Of a stretch of 64,000 nucleotides of DNA, positions 24,319 through 33,579 are shown piece by piece (within the stretch, counting starts at the first letter, position 1; every line of letters begins with the position of its first letter). A program made the translations under genes and the position numbers. The DNA comes from Alphaproteobacteria bacterium (GTDB lineage Bacteria; Pseudomonadota; Alphaproteobacteria; UBA6615), in assembly GCA_039980135.1 (NCBI GenBank), contig JBDXCV010000003.1, positions 1,027,458 to 1,091,457 of the forward strand, written 5' to 3'. A model generated the notes under the pieces. That model had not been told where the DNA came from, ran no database searches, and worked only from the letters and a program-made list of their open reading frames with translations.

Positions 24319-24876
24319 ATGACCGACTACAACGAAAATGCCCGTGTACCGCATGTGTCGCGGGATGCGTTTCCCGCCGATCAGGTCGGTATCTACGACC
24401 ACATCATGGAAACCCGTAAGCTCGAATTCATGGCCGAACTCTTCGCCCGGATGGCCAGCAGCCCGGGCGCGCTCGAAGCGGTGGCGTCGGTCGGCGAGCA
24501 TGTCCGTTTCCACAGCGTGTTCGATGAGGTTCTGCGCGAGATGATCATCTGCACGGTCTCGAAGGAGGTCGGCAACTGGTACGAATGGACCCATCACATT
24601 CACCGGATGCCCGACGATATGCGCGCGGTGTGCGGCACGCCGGCTGCCGAGGATCTGCCCGCGCCCGTCGGCCCGGTTCTGCGTTTCTCCCGGATCGTCG
24701 CCGGCAACGGCAAGGCCGATGACGCGCTGATCGGGGAAATCCGTGCCACTCTGGGAAATCAGGGCCTCGTCGATCTGACGGTGATGGTCGGCTACTACCA
24801 GCTCATCGGCACCTTCTGCACGACGTTGCATGTGCCGATCGAAGACTCGATCGAACGCACGCCGATGCCGGACTGA
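24319..24876 (+). CDS. Carboxymuconolactone decarboxylase (AhpD-like) family protein
   Basis: 185 aa from ATG 24319 with GGAGGGG RBS; the track ORF extends further upstream. CMD-family fold with a conserved His (EWTHHIH). Confidence 0.6.
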   Translation: MTDYNENARVPHVSRDAFPADQVGIYDHIMETRKLEFMAELFARMASSPGALEAVASVGEHVRFHSVFDEVLREMIICTVSKEVGNWYEWTHHIHRMPDDMRAVCGTPAAEDLPAPVGPVLRFSRIVAGNGKADDALIGEIRATLGNQGLVDLTVMVGYYQLIGTFCTTLHVPIEDSIERTPMPD

Positions 24877-24892
24877 ACGATTCCAAACAGTT

Positions 24893-24985
24893 CGTCATAC
24901 GCGGGCTTGACCCGCGTATCTCGTGCGTCGCTGGACGGAAAACCAGAAGAGATGCCCGGAACAAGTCCGGGCATGACGGTGAAAG
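24893..24985. repeat. Intergenic double-hairpin repeat element, copy 1 (family with invariant ATGACGGTGAAAG)
   Basis: CGTCAT-[ACGCGGG cttgac CCGCGTAT]-CTC ... GAGATG-[CCCGGA a CAAGT CCGGG]-CATGACGGTGAAAG. Lies between convergent CMD and PhyH genes. Near-identical architecture recurs at 53352-53433. Confidence 0.7.
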
Positions 24986-24997
24986 GGCGGAAAACCC

Positions 24998-25801
24998 TTA
25001 CTCAGCCGCCGCGGTGTTTTCCCGGGCCAGCGCCAGCAGGCAGTCATCGTCGAGCGGTTCGATCGGCGCGAAGTCGCGGTGGGCGATCCATTCCTCGCGC
25101 TTGAACTGGCGGATGTGATTGTCCACATGGCACAGGCTGAGATAGACGATCACCCGGCCCCAGGGGCTGATGTTCGGCGCCGAAGCGTGCACCAGGTTCG
25201 AATGGAACAGCAGGACCGAGCCCGGCTTGCCTTTCGGCGCGATCATCCCGCCTTCGTCGGCGAGTCTGGCGACGGTTTCCTTGTCGAGGGTCCACAGCGG
25301 GTAGGAGGTGGTTTGCAGATCATGCCCGGCCTCGATCACGCCGCCCTTGTGGCTGCGGGGAATCAGGTAGAGCGGGCCGTTGAACTCGGTCACCTCGTCG
25401 ATGAACAGCGCGATGTTCATGGCGCGGGCCTTGGGCATCTTGTCGTCGCGCGCCCAGGTCCCGTAATCCTGATGCCATTGCCAGACGTCGCCGTCGAACG
25501 CGGCCTTTCCGTTTATCTTGTACTGGTGCATGTAGACGTTGCCGTCGAGCAGCTGCATTACCGGTTCGATCAGGCGGGGATGGCGGCCCAGGCGACGGAA
25601 CGCCTCATTGTAATAATGCGCGGCAAATGCGGTACGCACGGCCTCGCCGTTAGATTCGCGCCACACCTCGTCCCGGTCCATTGCGAAAATCGTCGGCAAT
25701 TCGGCCGCGAGGACATCCATTTCCGCCTGGCTGAAGACCTCGGGGAGGAACACCCAGCCCTCGGTGTCGAACTGTTCGAGTTGGTCCTTGGTCAGTTCCA
25801 T
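24998..25801 (-). CDS. Phytanoyl-CoA dioxygenase (PhyH) family Fe(II)/2-oxoglutarate dioxygenase, ectoine-hydroxylase-like
   Basis: Start at the internal MELTKDQLEQF (ATG 25799-25801). WQWHQDYGTWARDDKMP resembles the EctD signature WHSDFETWHxEDGMP. Several His/Asp metal ligands. Confidence 0.7.
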   Translation of the reverse strand: MELTKDQLEQFDTEGWVFLPEVFSQAEMDVLAAELPTIFAMDRDEVWRESNGEAVRTAFAAHYYNEAFRRLGRHPRLIEPVMQLLDGNVYMHQYKINGKAAFDGDVWQWHQDYGTWARDDKMPKARAMNIALFIDEVTEFNGPLYLIPRSHKGGVIEAGHDLQTTSYPLWTLDKETVARLADEGGMIAPKGKPGSVLLFHSNLVHASAPNISPWGRVIVYLSLCHVDNHIRQFKREEWIAHRDFAPIEPLDDDCLLALARENTAAAE

Positions 25802-25913
25802 GGCGCCGCTCCCGGCCAATGTGAGTTGTCTGCCCGGACTATAGCCCGCCCGACTGGTGACGCGGCACATTTAACGTTAGGTTCGCTTGGTTTTTCAACC
25901 GCCGGGTCGACTG

Positions 25914-26264
25914 ATGCTGTCCTATCTGAATCTTGCCCTCGAACTCACAGCGAGCCCGATTGCGCTGGCCGGCTATATCGGGCTGGGCGTTTATGCCACG
26001 ACCAGTTGGCGGGCTTTCAAATATGCGTTTCTTTGGGGAATGGCGGTTCAGATTTTTGCCCTGGCGCTGGGCAAGGTCTCGTTCCTCGATCTCGAGGGGC
26101 TCGTCGCCCAGACGATATTGCGCCTGATCGGTGCATTGATCGTCACGATCGGCGTCTACTATCTGTACCGCTTCATGCGCGGGCGTTCGGGCGGCAAAGG
26201 CCCGCACGACAGCGGGCCGCCGAAGCAGGACCGCAAGCCGCCGCATCTGCGCCGGGTGAAATAG
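25914..26264 (+). CDS. Small hypothetical membrane protein (3-4 TM helices, basic C-terminal tail)
   Basis: ORF track 25887-26264. Hydrophobic segments LALELTASPIALAGYIGLGVYA, FLWGMAVQIFALAL, ILRLIGALIVTIGVYYLY. No family recognised. Confidence 0.4.
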   Translation: MLSYLNLALELTASPIALAGYIGLGVYATTSWRAFKYAFLWGMAVQIFALALGKVSFLDLEGLVAQTILRLIGALIVTIGVYYLYRFMRGRSGGKGPHDSGPPKQDRKPPHLRRVK

Positions 26265-26270
26265 CACGCG

Positions 26271-26894
26271 TCAGTCGGCGCGTGACCGCATCAGTGCGGC
26301 CAGGTCTCTTTCAGTCTCGCGCGCGCTTTCGGCCAGCTCGTTCGAAACATTGGCACGGTCCCCTTCGGGCCGGTTCTGGCTCAGCTTGAACTTGCCCTCG
26401 AGCCGCCCGATCGGCATTTCGAAGGCGGTGACACCCCGCAGCATTCCCTCGATATAGCGCTCTGGCTGACCATCCATTGTCCAGGCCGCGGGGCCGGTGC
26501 CCTCGAAGGCCCGGATGAGCGCCGCCTGTTGGGCCCGGACCTTCTCTATGTCCGTCACCTCCTGCGCCGTGCCATAGGCATGCACGACGGCGTAGTTCCA
26601 GGTGGGCACGGCGTCGCCGGGCGCATACCAGCGGGGCGAGATATAGGCATGGGGGCCCTCGAAAATCGCCAGCAAACTGGACTTGCCATCGAACATTTCG
26701 CCATGGGGGTTGTTCCGCGCGACGTGGGCGACGAGCGTACCGTTCACCCCGGCCGCCGGGTCGAGCATGAACGGGATATGGCTCGCGAAAGGGGCGTCGT
26801 CGCGTTGTCCGATCAGAATACCGAACGGGTTGGCCGCGATCAGGTCGTGCAGGATTCCGACGTCGGTTTCGCGAAAATGTTTCGGTACGAACAT
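26271..26894 (-). CDS. paiB: FMN-binding negative transcriptional regulator PaiB family
   Basis: 207 aa. N-terminus MFVPKHFRETDVGILHDLIAANPFG typical of PaiB. Confidence 0.75.
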   Translation of the reverse strand: MFVPKHFRETDVGILHDLIAANPFGILIGQRDDAPFASHIPFMLDPAAGVNGTLVAHVARNNPHGEMFDGKSSLLAIFEGPHAYISPRWYAPGDAVPTWNYAVVHAYGTAQEVTDIEKVRAQQAALIRAFEGTGPAAWTMDGQPERYIEGMLRGVTAFEMPIGRLEGKFKLSQNRPEGDRANVSNELAESARETERDLAALMRSRAD

Positions 26895-26921
26895 GGCGCG
26901 GCCTCCGGGATCACGCGTGTT

Positions 26922-27839
26922 TCAGGGCGAGGCCGGGGTCAGCGTGAAACGGCAGGTGCCGCGCGCGATGCTCCGAAACTCGATCGGCGCGCCGGGCGCA
27001 GGCAGGACGGCCTCGAACAGGTCGGACGCCTGATCCGGCACGTCGATCGTCGGCGCGGCGCCGGCATTCTCTGTGACCTGAGCGAAGCGCTGTTCGTTCG
27101 AGACCATGTAGATGCGCATGTCACCCAGGGTGCCGAACACCGCCAGCCGGTCGTCGATAACCCCTTCGAGAATAAAGTCCTTCTGCGCCAACGCGACATT
27201 GCCTTCGGGCACGGCGCATGTGCCGGTCGTCGCCAGGTCGTAATCGCCCGCCAGCGCGCGCGCCGTAGATTCGTCGCGCATGCGTTCGCCCGCGCCGACC
27301 ACGCTCAGGGAATGCACTGCGGCGGCCAGCAGCACCGGTAATTCGATGGCCTCGCCGTTCGGCAACTGCATGTTCGTCCGCGCGTTCTGAAACATCTGTC
27401 CGAAGTTCGGGCTGGTCCGGGCCAATGCCTGCATAAAACCGGCCTGCACCACGATCGAAAAAGTGCCTTCGATGCTCGTCGCGACGGTATGCGCCAGTTC
27501 GTCCCGGCTGCTGTCGGCCACGCCGTTCTCGATTCCGGCCCGAACCGTTTGCATGGTCCTGGCGGTCTCCGCGCTCTGCGCCGTCATCGTATTGAGTGCC
27601 GCATTGAGGCCCTCGATGCGGGCCGGGTCGGTGGTGCCGTCGTAATACAGGAAGACGGCGCCGGGCTTGAACATGTTGGCGGGGCCGGCGGGAAATCGCT
27701 CGCTCTGGGCCTGCGCGGGACCGGCGACCGAAAACGCGAGCGCCGCGGACAGAGCCGCGGCGTTGCGCAATTTCGAAACAGGCTTGCCGACCGGGTACGT
27801 GCGCCCGACGGATGTTTCGCGATGGAAGATGCTGTTCAA
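26922..27839 (-). CDS. Uncharacterised secreted/periplasmic protein, translationally coupled to sdhB
   Basis: Signal peptide [21 protein letters not shown]|QS. Ala-rich, two Cys, no recognised domain. TTG start at 27837-27839 overlaps the sdhB TGA; an alternative TTG lies at 27770. Confidence 0.55.
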   Translation of the reverse strand: MNSIFHRETSVGRTYPVGKPVSKLRNAAALSAALAFSVAGPAQAQSERFPAGPANMFKPGAVFLYYDGTTDPARIEGLNAALNTMTAQSAETARTMQTVRAGIENGVADSSRDELAHTVATSIEGTFSIVVQAGFMQALARTSPNFGQMFQNARTNMQLPNGEAIELPVLLAAAVHSLSVVGAGERMRDESTARALAGDYDLATTGTCAVPEGNVALAQKDFILEGVIDDRLAVFGTLGDMRIYMVSNEQRFAQVTENAGAAPTIDVPDQASDLFEAVLPAPGAPIEFRSIARGTCRFTLTPASP

Positions 27840-28615
27840 ACCCGGCGTTCCACCATCATCTTCTTGATTTCCGCGATCGCCTTGGCCGGGTTGAGATGCT
27901 TCGGGCAGGTGCGGGTGCAGTTCATGATGGTGTGGCAGCGATACAGGCGGAACGGATCCTCGAGCTGGTCGAGGCGGTCACCTGTCGCCTCGTCGCGGGT
28001 GTCGGCGAGCCAGCGATAGGCCTGCAGCAGGATGGCCGGGCCGAGATAGCGGTCCTCGTTCCACCAATAGCTCGGACAGGATGTCGAGCAGCAGGCGCAC
28101 AGGACGCATTCCCACATGCCGTCGATCTTGGCCCGATCTTCGGGGCTCTGCAGGCGCTCGCGCTCGGGCGTCTGGCTGTCGGTCTTGAGCCAGGGTTCGA
28201 TCTGCCGGTACTGGGCAAAGAAATGGGTCTGATCGGGCACCAGATCCTTGATCACCGACTGATGGGGCAGGGGGTAGACCCGTACATCGCCCTTCGCGTC
28301 GGCGATATATTTGGTGCAGGCCAGCGTGTTTCCGCCGTCAATGTTCATCGCGCAGGACCCGCACACGCCCTCGCGGCACGACCGTCGGAAGGTCAGGGTC
28401 GGGTCGACCTCGTTCTTGATCTTGATGAGCGCGTCGAGGACCATCGGTCCGCAATCGTCGAGGTCGAGATGATAGGTGTCGACCCGGGGATTGTCGCCGC
28501 TGTCCGGGGACCAGCGGTAAATCTTGAAGGCCTTTGTATTGGTCGCGCCCTCGGGCTTGGGCCACTCCTTGCCTTCGGTCACTTTCGAATTCTTCGGCAG
28601 CGTAAACTCAGCCAT
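27836..28615 (-). CDS. sdhB: Succinate dehydrogenase iron-sulfur subunit
   Basis: 259 aa. 2Fe-2S, 4Fe-4S and 3Fe-4S Cys clusters ([38 protein letters not shown]). Confidence 0.95.
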   Translation of the reverse strand: MAEFTLPKNSKVTEGKEWPKPEGATNTKAFKIYRWSPDSGDNPRVDTYHLDLDDCGPMVLDALIKIKNEVDPTLTFRRSCREGVCGSCAMNIDGGNTLACTKYIADAKGDVRVYPLPHQSVIKDLVPDQTHFFAQYRQIEPWLKTDSQTPERERLQSPEDRAKIDGMWECVLCACCSTSCPSYWWNEDRYLGPAILLQAYRWLADTRDEATGDRLDQLEDPFRLYRCHTIMNCTRTCPKHLNPAKAIAEIKKMMVERRV

Positions 28616-28646
28616 ATCGTAAATTCTCCTCGTCGCCGGGATCGGC

Positions 28647-30440
28647 CTAGTAGGACCGCACCTTGGGCGGGAAGCTCTGGACTTCGTTGGTCATTGTCTG
28701 GAGGTGTACCGGGCGATATTTGAGGTCGACTTTGCCCTTCTCGTCGACCCAGGCAAGCGTGTGCTTCATCCAGTCATCGTCGTTTCGGTCGGGGAAGTCT
28801 TCGCGTGCATGTGCGCCCCGGCTTTCCTCGCGCTCTTTCGCGCCATTGATCGTGATCACCGCCTGCATCATCAGATTTTCGAGCTCGAGAGTCTCGACCA
28901 GGTCGGAGTTCCAGATGAGTGAGCTGTCGGACACGTTCAGATCGTCGCGCGCACCCCAGAGTTCGTCGAGTTTGTTCGCGCCTTCCTGCAGGACCTCACC
29001 GGTGCGGAACACGGCGCAGTTGTTCTGCATCGTGCGCTGCATTTCGAGGCGCAGTTTCGCGGTCGGTGTGCTGCCCGAGGCGTGGCGAAGCTTGTCGAAG
29101 CGCGCGAGTGCTTCATCGCCGGCATTGTCCGGAAGCGGTTCGTGCGGTGTCCCCGGCGTGACCAGCTCGGCAGCGCGAAGTGCGGCAGCCCGGCCGAACA
29201 CGACTAGGTCGAGCAGCGAGTTCGAACCCAGACGGTTGGCACCATGTACCGAAACGCTCGCGGCCTCGCCGATGGCCATCAGGCCCGGCGTGACGGCTTC
29301 GGGATCGTCCTCGGTCCAGGTCCGGACTTGGCCCTGATACGTCGTGGGAATGCCACCCATATTGTAGTGACAGGTCGGCAGGACCGGGATCGGCTCCTTG
29401 GTCACGTCGACGCCGGCGAAGATGCGTGCCGTCTCGGAGATGCCCGGCAGGCGCTGGGCCAGGACGGCGGGGTCGAGATGTTCGAGATGGAGATGGATAT
29501 GGTCTTTCTCGTCGCCGACGCCACGGCCTTCGCGCATCTCGATGGTCATTGACCGGCTGACAACATCGCGGCTGGCCAGATCCTTGGCCGACGGGGCATA
29601 GCGTTCCATGAAACGCTCGCCTTCTGAATTGGTCAGATACCCACCTTCGCCGCGCGATCCTTCGGTGATCAGCGCACCGGCGCCATAGATGCCGGTGGGA
29701 TGGAACTGAACGAACTCCATATCCTCCAGCGGCAATCCGGCGCGCGCAACCATCGCGTTGCCGTCGCCCGTGCAGGTATGCGCGGAGGTGGCCGAGAAGT
29801 AGGCCCGGCCGTAGCCGCCCGTCGCCATGCATACGAGGTGCCCGCGGAAGCGGTGCATCGTGCCGTCGGCCAGATTCCAGGCCATGACGCCCCGGCACTT
29901 GCCGTCTTCCATGATCAGGTCGAGGGCAAAATACTCGATGAAGAACTCGGCGTTGTAGCGCAGCGACTGCTGGTAAAGCGTATGCAGGATCGCGTGGCCG
30001 GTGCGGTCGGCCGCCGCGCAGGTGCGCTGGGCCGTCCCTTCGCCGTAATTCGTGGTCATGCCGCCGAAGGGCCGCTGGTAGATCTTGCCTGCTTCCGTGC
30101 GGCTGAACGGCACGCCCTGATGCTCGAGCTCGATGATCGCCGGGATCGCCTCGCGGACCATGTATTCGATCGCGTCCTGATCGCCCAGCCAGTCCGACCC
30201 CTTGACGGTGTCATACATGTGCCAGCGCCAGTCATCCTCGCCCATATTGCCGAGTGCGGCCGAAATGCCGCCCTGCGCCGCCACTGTGTGGGAGCGTGTG
30301 GGAAACACTTTCGAGATGCAGGCCGTTTTCAGGCCCTGGTTCGCCATGCCGAATGTGGCACGCAATCCGGCACCACCCGCGCCCACGACGATAACGTCAT
30401 AGTCATGGTCGATGATTTCATAATCGCCGTTGGTCGCCAT
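28647..30440 (-). CDS. sdhA: Succinate dehydrogenase flavoprotein subunit
   Basis: 597 aa. FAD-binding VVGAGGAGL. Covalent-FAD His region [10 protein letters not shown]. Confidence 0.95.
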   Translation of the reverse strand: MATNGDYEIIDHDYDVIVVGAGGAGLRATFGMANQGLKTACISKVFPTRSHTVAAQGGISAALGNMGEDDWRWHMYDTVKGSDWLGDQDAIEYMVREAIPAIIELEHQGVPFSRTEAGKIYQRPFGGMTTNYGEGTAQRTCAAADRTGHAILHTLYQQSLRYNAEFFIEYFALDLIMEDGKCRGVMAWNLADGTMHRFRGHLVCMATGGYGRAYFSATSAHTCTGDGNAMVARAGLPLEDMEFVQFHPTGIYGAGALITEGSRGEGGYLTNSEGERFMERYAPSAKDLASRDVVSRSMTIEMREGRGVGDEKDHIHLHLEHLDPAVLAQRLPGISETARIFAGVDVTKEPIPVLPTCHYNMGGIPTTYQGQVRTWTEDDPEAVTPGLMAIGEAASVSVHGANRLGSNSLLDLVVFGRAAALRAAELVTPGTPHEPLPDNAGDEALARFDKLRHASGSTPTAKLRLEMQRTMQNNCAVFRTGEVLQEGANKLDELWGARDDLNVSDSSLIWNSDLVETLELENLMMQAVITINGAKEREESRGAHAREDFPDRNDDDWMKHTLAWVDEKGKVDLKYRPVHLQTMTNEVQSFPPKVRSY

Positions 30441-30450
30441 CGTTAACCCC

Positions 30451-30828
30451 TTAATTCAATGCGATTGCGATCACGGCGTAGACCGAGGCGACGCCAAGGA
30501 AAATGGCCGCGCCTTTGACCGCGATGATCAGGCCCACTTCGAGCCAGCGTGTGTGGATGTAATCCTCGATCACGACCTGCAGGCCGAGTTGGCCGTGGTA
30601 GAAGGTGGCGACGATCAGGAGGATCAGCAGAACGGAATTGATCGGGCTGCTGATGAATTCGACGGCGGCCGCGTGGTCGGCGCCGGTCACGATGATCATG
30701 GACACGACGAACCAGATCACGAGCGGGATCAGGGCCAGTGCCGTCAGCCGCTGCATCCACCAATGGTCGGTGCCGCTCTTGGCCGATCCGAGGCCGCGCG
30801 CGCGGCTCAGGGGGGAGCGCATGTTCAT
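30451..30828 (-). CDS. sdhD: Succinate dehydrogenase hydrophobic membrane anchor subunit
   Basis: Start at the internal MNMRSPL (ATG 30826-30828) with GGAGGG RBS. 125 aa, 3 TM helices. The track ORF over-extends upstream. Confidence 0.85.
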   Translation of the reverse strand: MNMRSPLSRARGLGSAKSGTDHWWMQRLTALALIPLVIWFVVSMIIVTGADHAAAVEFISSPINSVLLILLIVATFYHGQLGLQVVIEDYIHTRWLEVGLIIAVKGAAIFLGVASVYAVIAIALN

Positions 30829-30830
30829 CT

Positions 30831-31226
30831 CTATAGCCCTCCGAGGCTGGCGTATCCGGCGACCCAGCTGATGACAGTCAGGACTGCCGCAGCAATGACG
30901 ACCAGCCAACCCGAGGCAAACGCGGTGCTCAGTTCGAAGCCCTTGCCGGCGTCCCAGACCAGATGCCGGATGCCGTTGCAGAGGTGATAGTAGAGCGCGA
31001 AGCTCCAGGCCAGCAGCAGGATCCGTCCGACGACCGAGCCGATGAAGTTCTGCACGGCCGCGAATTCGGTCGGGCCCGCGGCGGCGGCGATCAGCCACCA
31101 GACCAGGAGCAGGGTACCGACGGCGAGGCCGATGCCCGTGATTCGATGAAGAATCGACAGCACCGATGTGAATTGCGGGCGATAGACCTGAAGGTGCGGT
31201 GATAGCGGTCTGTTGTCGGTCGCCAT
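30831..31226 (-). CDS. sdhC: Succinate dehydrogenase cytochrome b556 subunit
   Basis: Start at the internal MATDNRPLSPHLQVYRPQ (ATG 31224-31226). 131 aa. Typical SdhC N-terminus and heme-ligand His. Confidence 0.85.
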   Translation of the reverse strand: MATDNRPLSPHLQVYRPQFTSVLSILHRITGIGLAVGTLLLVWWLIAAAAGPTEFAAVQNFIGSVVGRILLLAWSFALYYHLCNGIRHLVWDAGKGFELSTAFASGWLVVIAAAVLTVISWVAGYASLGGL

Positions 31227-31499
31227 GTGGCCCCCTGACGTGGCTGCAAAGCCGGAACACGGGAAATGGTTCCGGTGGGTTTTCCGTGTGCCACGCGCCG
31301 TTGAACGGTCGTTCATGCCGGTCGCGTGGGTACGAATATCTACGAAGCAGATTTAGCCTCCCACCGCCCGTTTCGTCAATGACACAGCCCCGCGCAAGAG
31401 CTTGGATCGCCGGGCACAGGCTCTCATTGAAGCAAAGCGTGTGGAAAACCTGTGGAGGAGTTGTGATCTACCGGTCGAGTTTTGCACAGGAAACTGTTT

Positions 31500-32135
31500 G
31501 TCGGCCGCGATTGGACATTGCCGCCTTGGGGGTGGCGGCGGAACATGTCCGCGCACGCTTTGGCGTGTCGACGGGTTTCTGTCGCGTCCGATCCTCCGCT
31601 CTGCGGCTGGCTCGGGCAGGTCCGGGGCGCTCACCAGGGGGCGAGACGGATCGGCGGGAACCGAACGCCGGACCACGGGGGTCGCCGCAAGGCGATGCCG
31701 GGTCGGGCGGGAAAGTCGGCGGATGGACATGATCCTTCGGGATCGATCGCCTCGGTGGATGTCCATTCATGTGCACGGTCCGGCATGTGGGCAACCACGC
31801 GCCGGGTGCCGGGCACGGCCGGGCGGCCAGACGGACATGGGCTTCCTCGGAAGGGCATGATCAGAGGCCGGCCGGTAAGGAAGGTGCCGTTGCGCAGACC
31901 AGCGGTCTTTCCGGTGGCGCGAACCCTTCGGGGCCCGCGCGCCGCCCTGATGTCCGCTTCGGTGGGCCCCGGGGCGAAGGAAGGATGGCGGCGTTTCGTG
32001 ATCCAGGCTCTCGCCGGCCAGGAATTCGGAACGACGGCCGGGCGGAAACCGGGGCTCTTCGGAGTTGCGGGGACCAACCGGGCGGGTTTGAGGAAAGGTT
32101 GCCGACCTTAGGCTTCGACCCCTTCGGGGGCGGCA
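31500..32135 (+). ncRNA. Candidate large structured RNA of unknown class
   Basis: A 1.37-kb gap between divergent sdhC and pdxK holds only Arg/Pro/Gly-rich spurious ORFs. Five C(UUCG)G-type hairpins lie at 31731-31744, 31924-31933, 31954-31965, 32054-32065 and 32119-32130. Nested long stems: GGACAT...ATGTCC at 31513-31550, and ATGGACAT...ATGTCCAT enclosing the first UUCG hairpin. Strand inferred from the UUCG loops. Boundaries approximate. Confidence 0.4.
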
Positions 32136-32603
32136 TGGAACGTGTCAAAGCGGACGATGCCGGATAAGCGAAGCGCGCTGGACGACGTATCGGCCAGGGG
32201 TGCGTCCCACGCGCGGAGCGACGAGAAGCTGAACGTCAAGGTGGGTATTGGGTCGAAGCCGGCGGGGCGCAAGCCTCGCGGGTGGGGATCCGAAGGGTCT
32301 GAAGTCCAGGGGGCAACTCCGGGATCGGAAGATCGAGGAAGGCGTCAGGCGTTACGGGCTCCGCGTCCATGCACCTGGCGCCTTCTTCATTTCCGGAGAC
32401 TTTATGCGACCCTTGCCAGAAGGTGATCCGTGCGCCGGGCATGAAAAGAACCCGGCGCTTTCGCACCGGGCTCTTTCTCAGGCGTCTAAAGCCGGGCCCC
32501 GCATCCAGGCAGATCAATATTCGAGAGGTATCAACGGCGTTTCGCGTCGGTCAAACGAATTCTTGTGCCGGGGCGGCGACGAAGGCAAAACCGGTCCCCA
32601 GCG

Positions 32604-33482
32604 ATGAATATTCTCTCCATACAGTCTCAGGTCGTGTTCGGCCATGTCGGTAGCTCGGCGGCCGTATTTCCGCTTCAGTGTCTCGGACATGAGGCCTGGT
32701 CCGTCCCCACCGCGATCCTCTCCAACCATGCCGGCTATCCGGATGTTGGTGGTCATGCGATGCCGCCGGACACAGTCCGCGACCTGCTCGACGGGCTCGA
32801 GCGTCGCGGCGCCTTTCCCAGTTGTAACTTGCTGATCAGCGGCTATCTCGGCAGTGCGGCGCTCGCCGCGCTGGTCACCGACACGGTCGGCCGTGTGCGG
32901 GCGGTAAACCCGGACCTGATCTATTGCTGCGATCCGGTGATGGGCGATGAGGGATCGGGATTGTATGTGCAGGCGTCGCTGCCCGAGCATTTTCGCACCT
33001 CGGCGCTGCCGGTCGCGGACCTTATAACCCCCAACCTGTTTGAACTCGCGCTGTTGTGTGGATGCGATTTCGGGGCGTTGAAGGCGGCGTCGGCGAGCGA
33101 GATCGTCGCGGACGGCCGCAAGCTTCTGGCGCACATGCGGCCGGGTGCCAGTGTCATGGTGACCAGCGCCGACCATCGTGATCTTGACCCGGGGCGCGTG
33201 GCGGTCATTGCGTTCAACGATTCGCAGGCCTGGTCCTTGGAAACGCCGCGGCTTGCGTTTCGATCGGATCCGCATGGGGCAGGTGACCTGCTCAGCGCCC
33301 TCTTCGCGGCGGCGATGACGGATCACCGCGGCCTGGCCCGTGCACTGGAAGATAGTGTTGCCAGGGTCTTTGCCGTTCTTTCGGAAACCCGGCGGCGGTC
33401 AGGCGCCGAACTCGAACTGGTCGCGGCGCGCGATGTGATCGTGTCGCCGGCGCAATACTTCTCGGCGGTTTCGGTCGCCTGA
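32604..33482 (+). CDS. pdxK: Pyridoxal kinase (PdxK/PdxY family)
   Basis: Start at the internal MNILSIQSQVVFGHVGSSAAVF (ATG 32604). Ribokinase-like fold. GDEG...YV and C-terminal GAGD motifs. Confidence 0.8.
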   Translation: MNILSIQSQVVFGHVGSSAAVFPLQCLGHEAWSVPTAILSNHAGYPDVGGHAMPPDTVRDLLDGLERRGAFPSCNLLISGYLGSAALAALVTDTVGRVRAVNPDLIYCCDPVMGDEGSGLYVQASLPEHFRTSALPVADLITPNLFELALLCGCDFGALKAASASEIVADGRKLLAHMRPGASVMVTSADHRDLDPGRVAVIAFNDSQAWSLETPRLAFRSDPHGAGDLLSALFAAAMTDHRGLARALEDSVARVFAVLSETRRRSGAELELVAARDVIVSPAQYFSAVSVA

Positions 33483-33579
33483 CGCCGCGCGGTTTTTTAC
33501 CGTGCGCGTAATCTGCTAAGAACCACCCTGGGATGGCACGCCGCCCGGCGCGCATATCGGGGAACAGGAACCCAGTATT

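Noticed and set aside
31690-32060. RNase P RNA (rnpB): GGGAAAGTCGGCGG resembles the P4 GGAAAGUCCGGGC strand, and ACGACGGCCGGGCGGAAACCGGGGCT resembles ACAGAACCCGGCUUA.
   Set aside because: The two segments cannot form the invariant P4 pairing. The GGUGCGGUAAGAGCGCACC-type conserved regions are absent. The order of elements is wrong (GGAAAG precedes rather than follows the first UUCG hairpin). Kept only as an unknown structured RNA.
31227-32603. tmRNA (one- or two-piece), SRP/4.5S or 6S RNA in the sdhC-pdxK gap.
   Set aside because: No GGUUCGAUUCC T-loop or CCA-acceptor context. No Ala-Asn-Asp tag reading frame ending in LAA/VAA plus stop. CAGGTCCGG is present but the SRP domain IV AAGGAAGCAGC is not.
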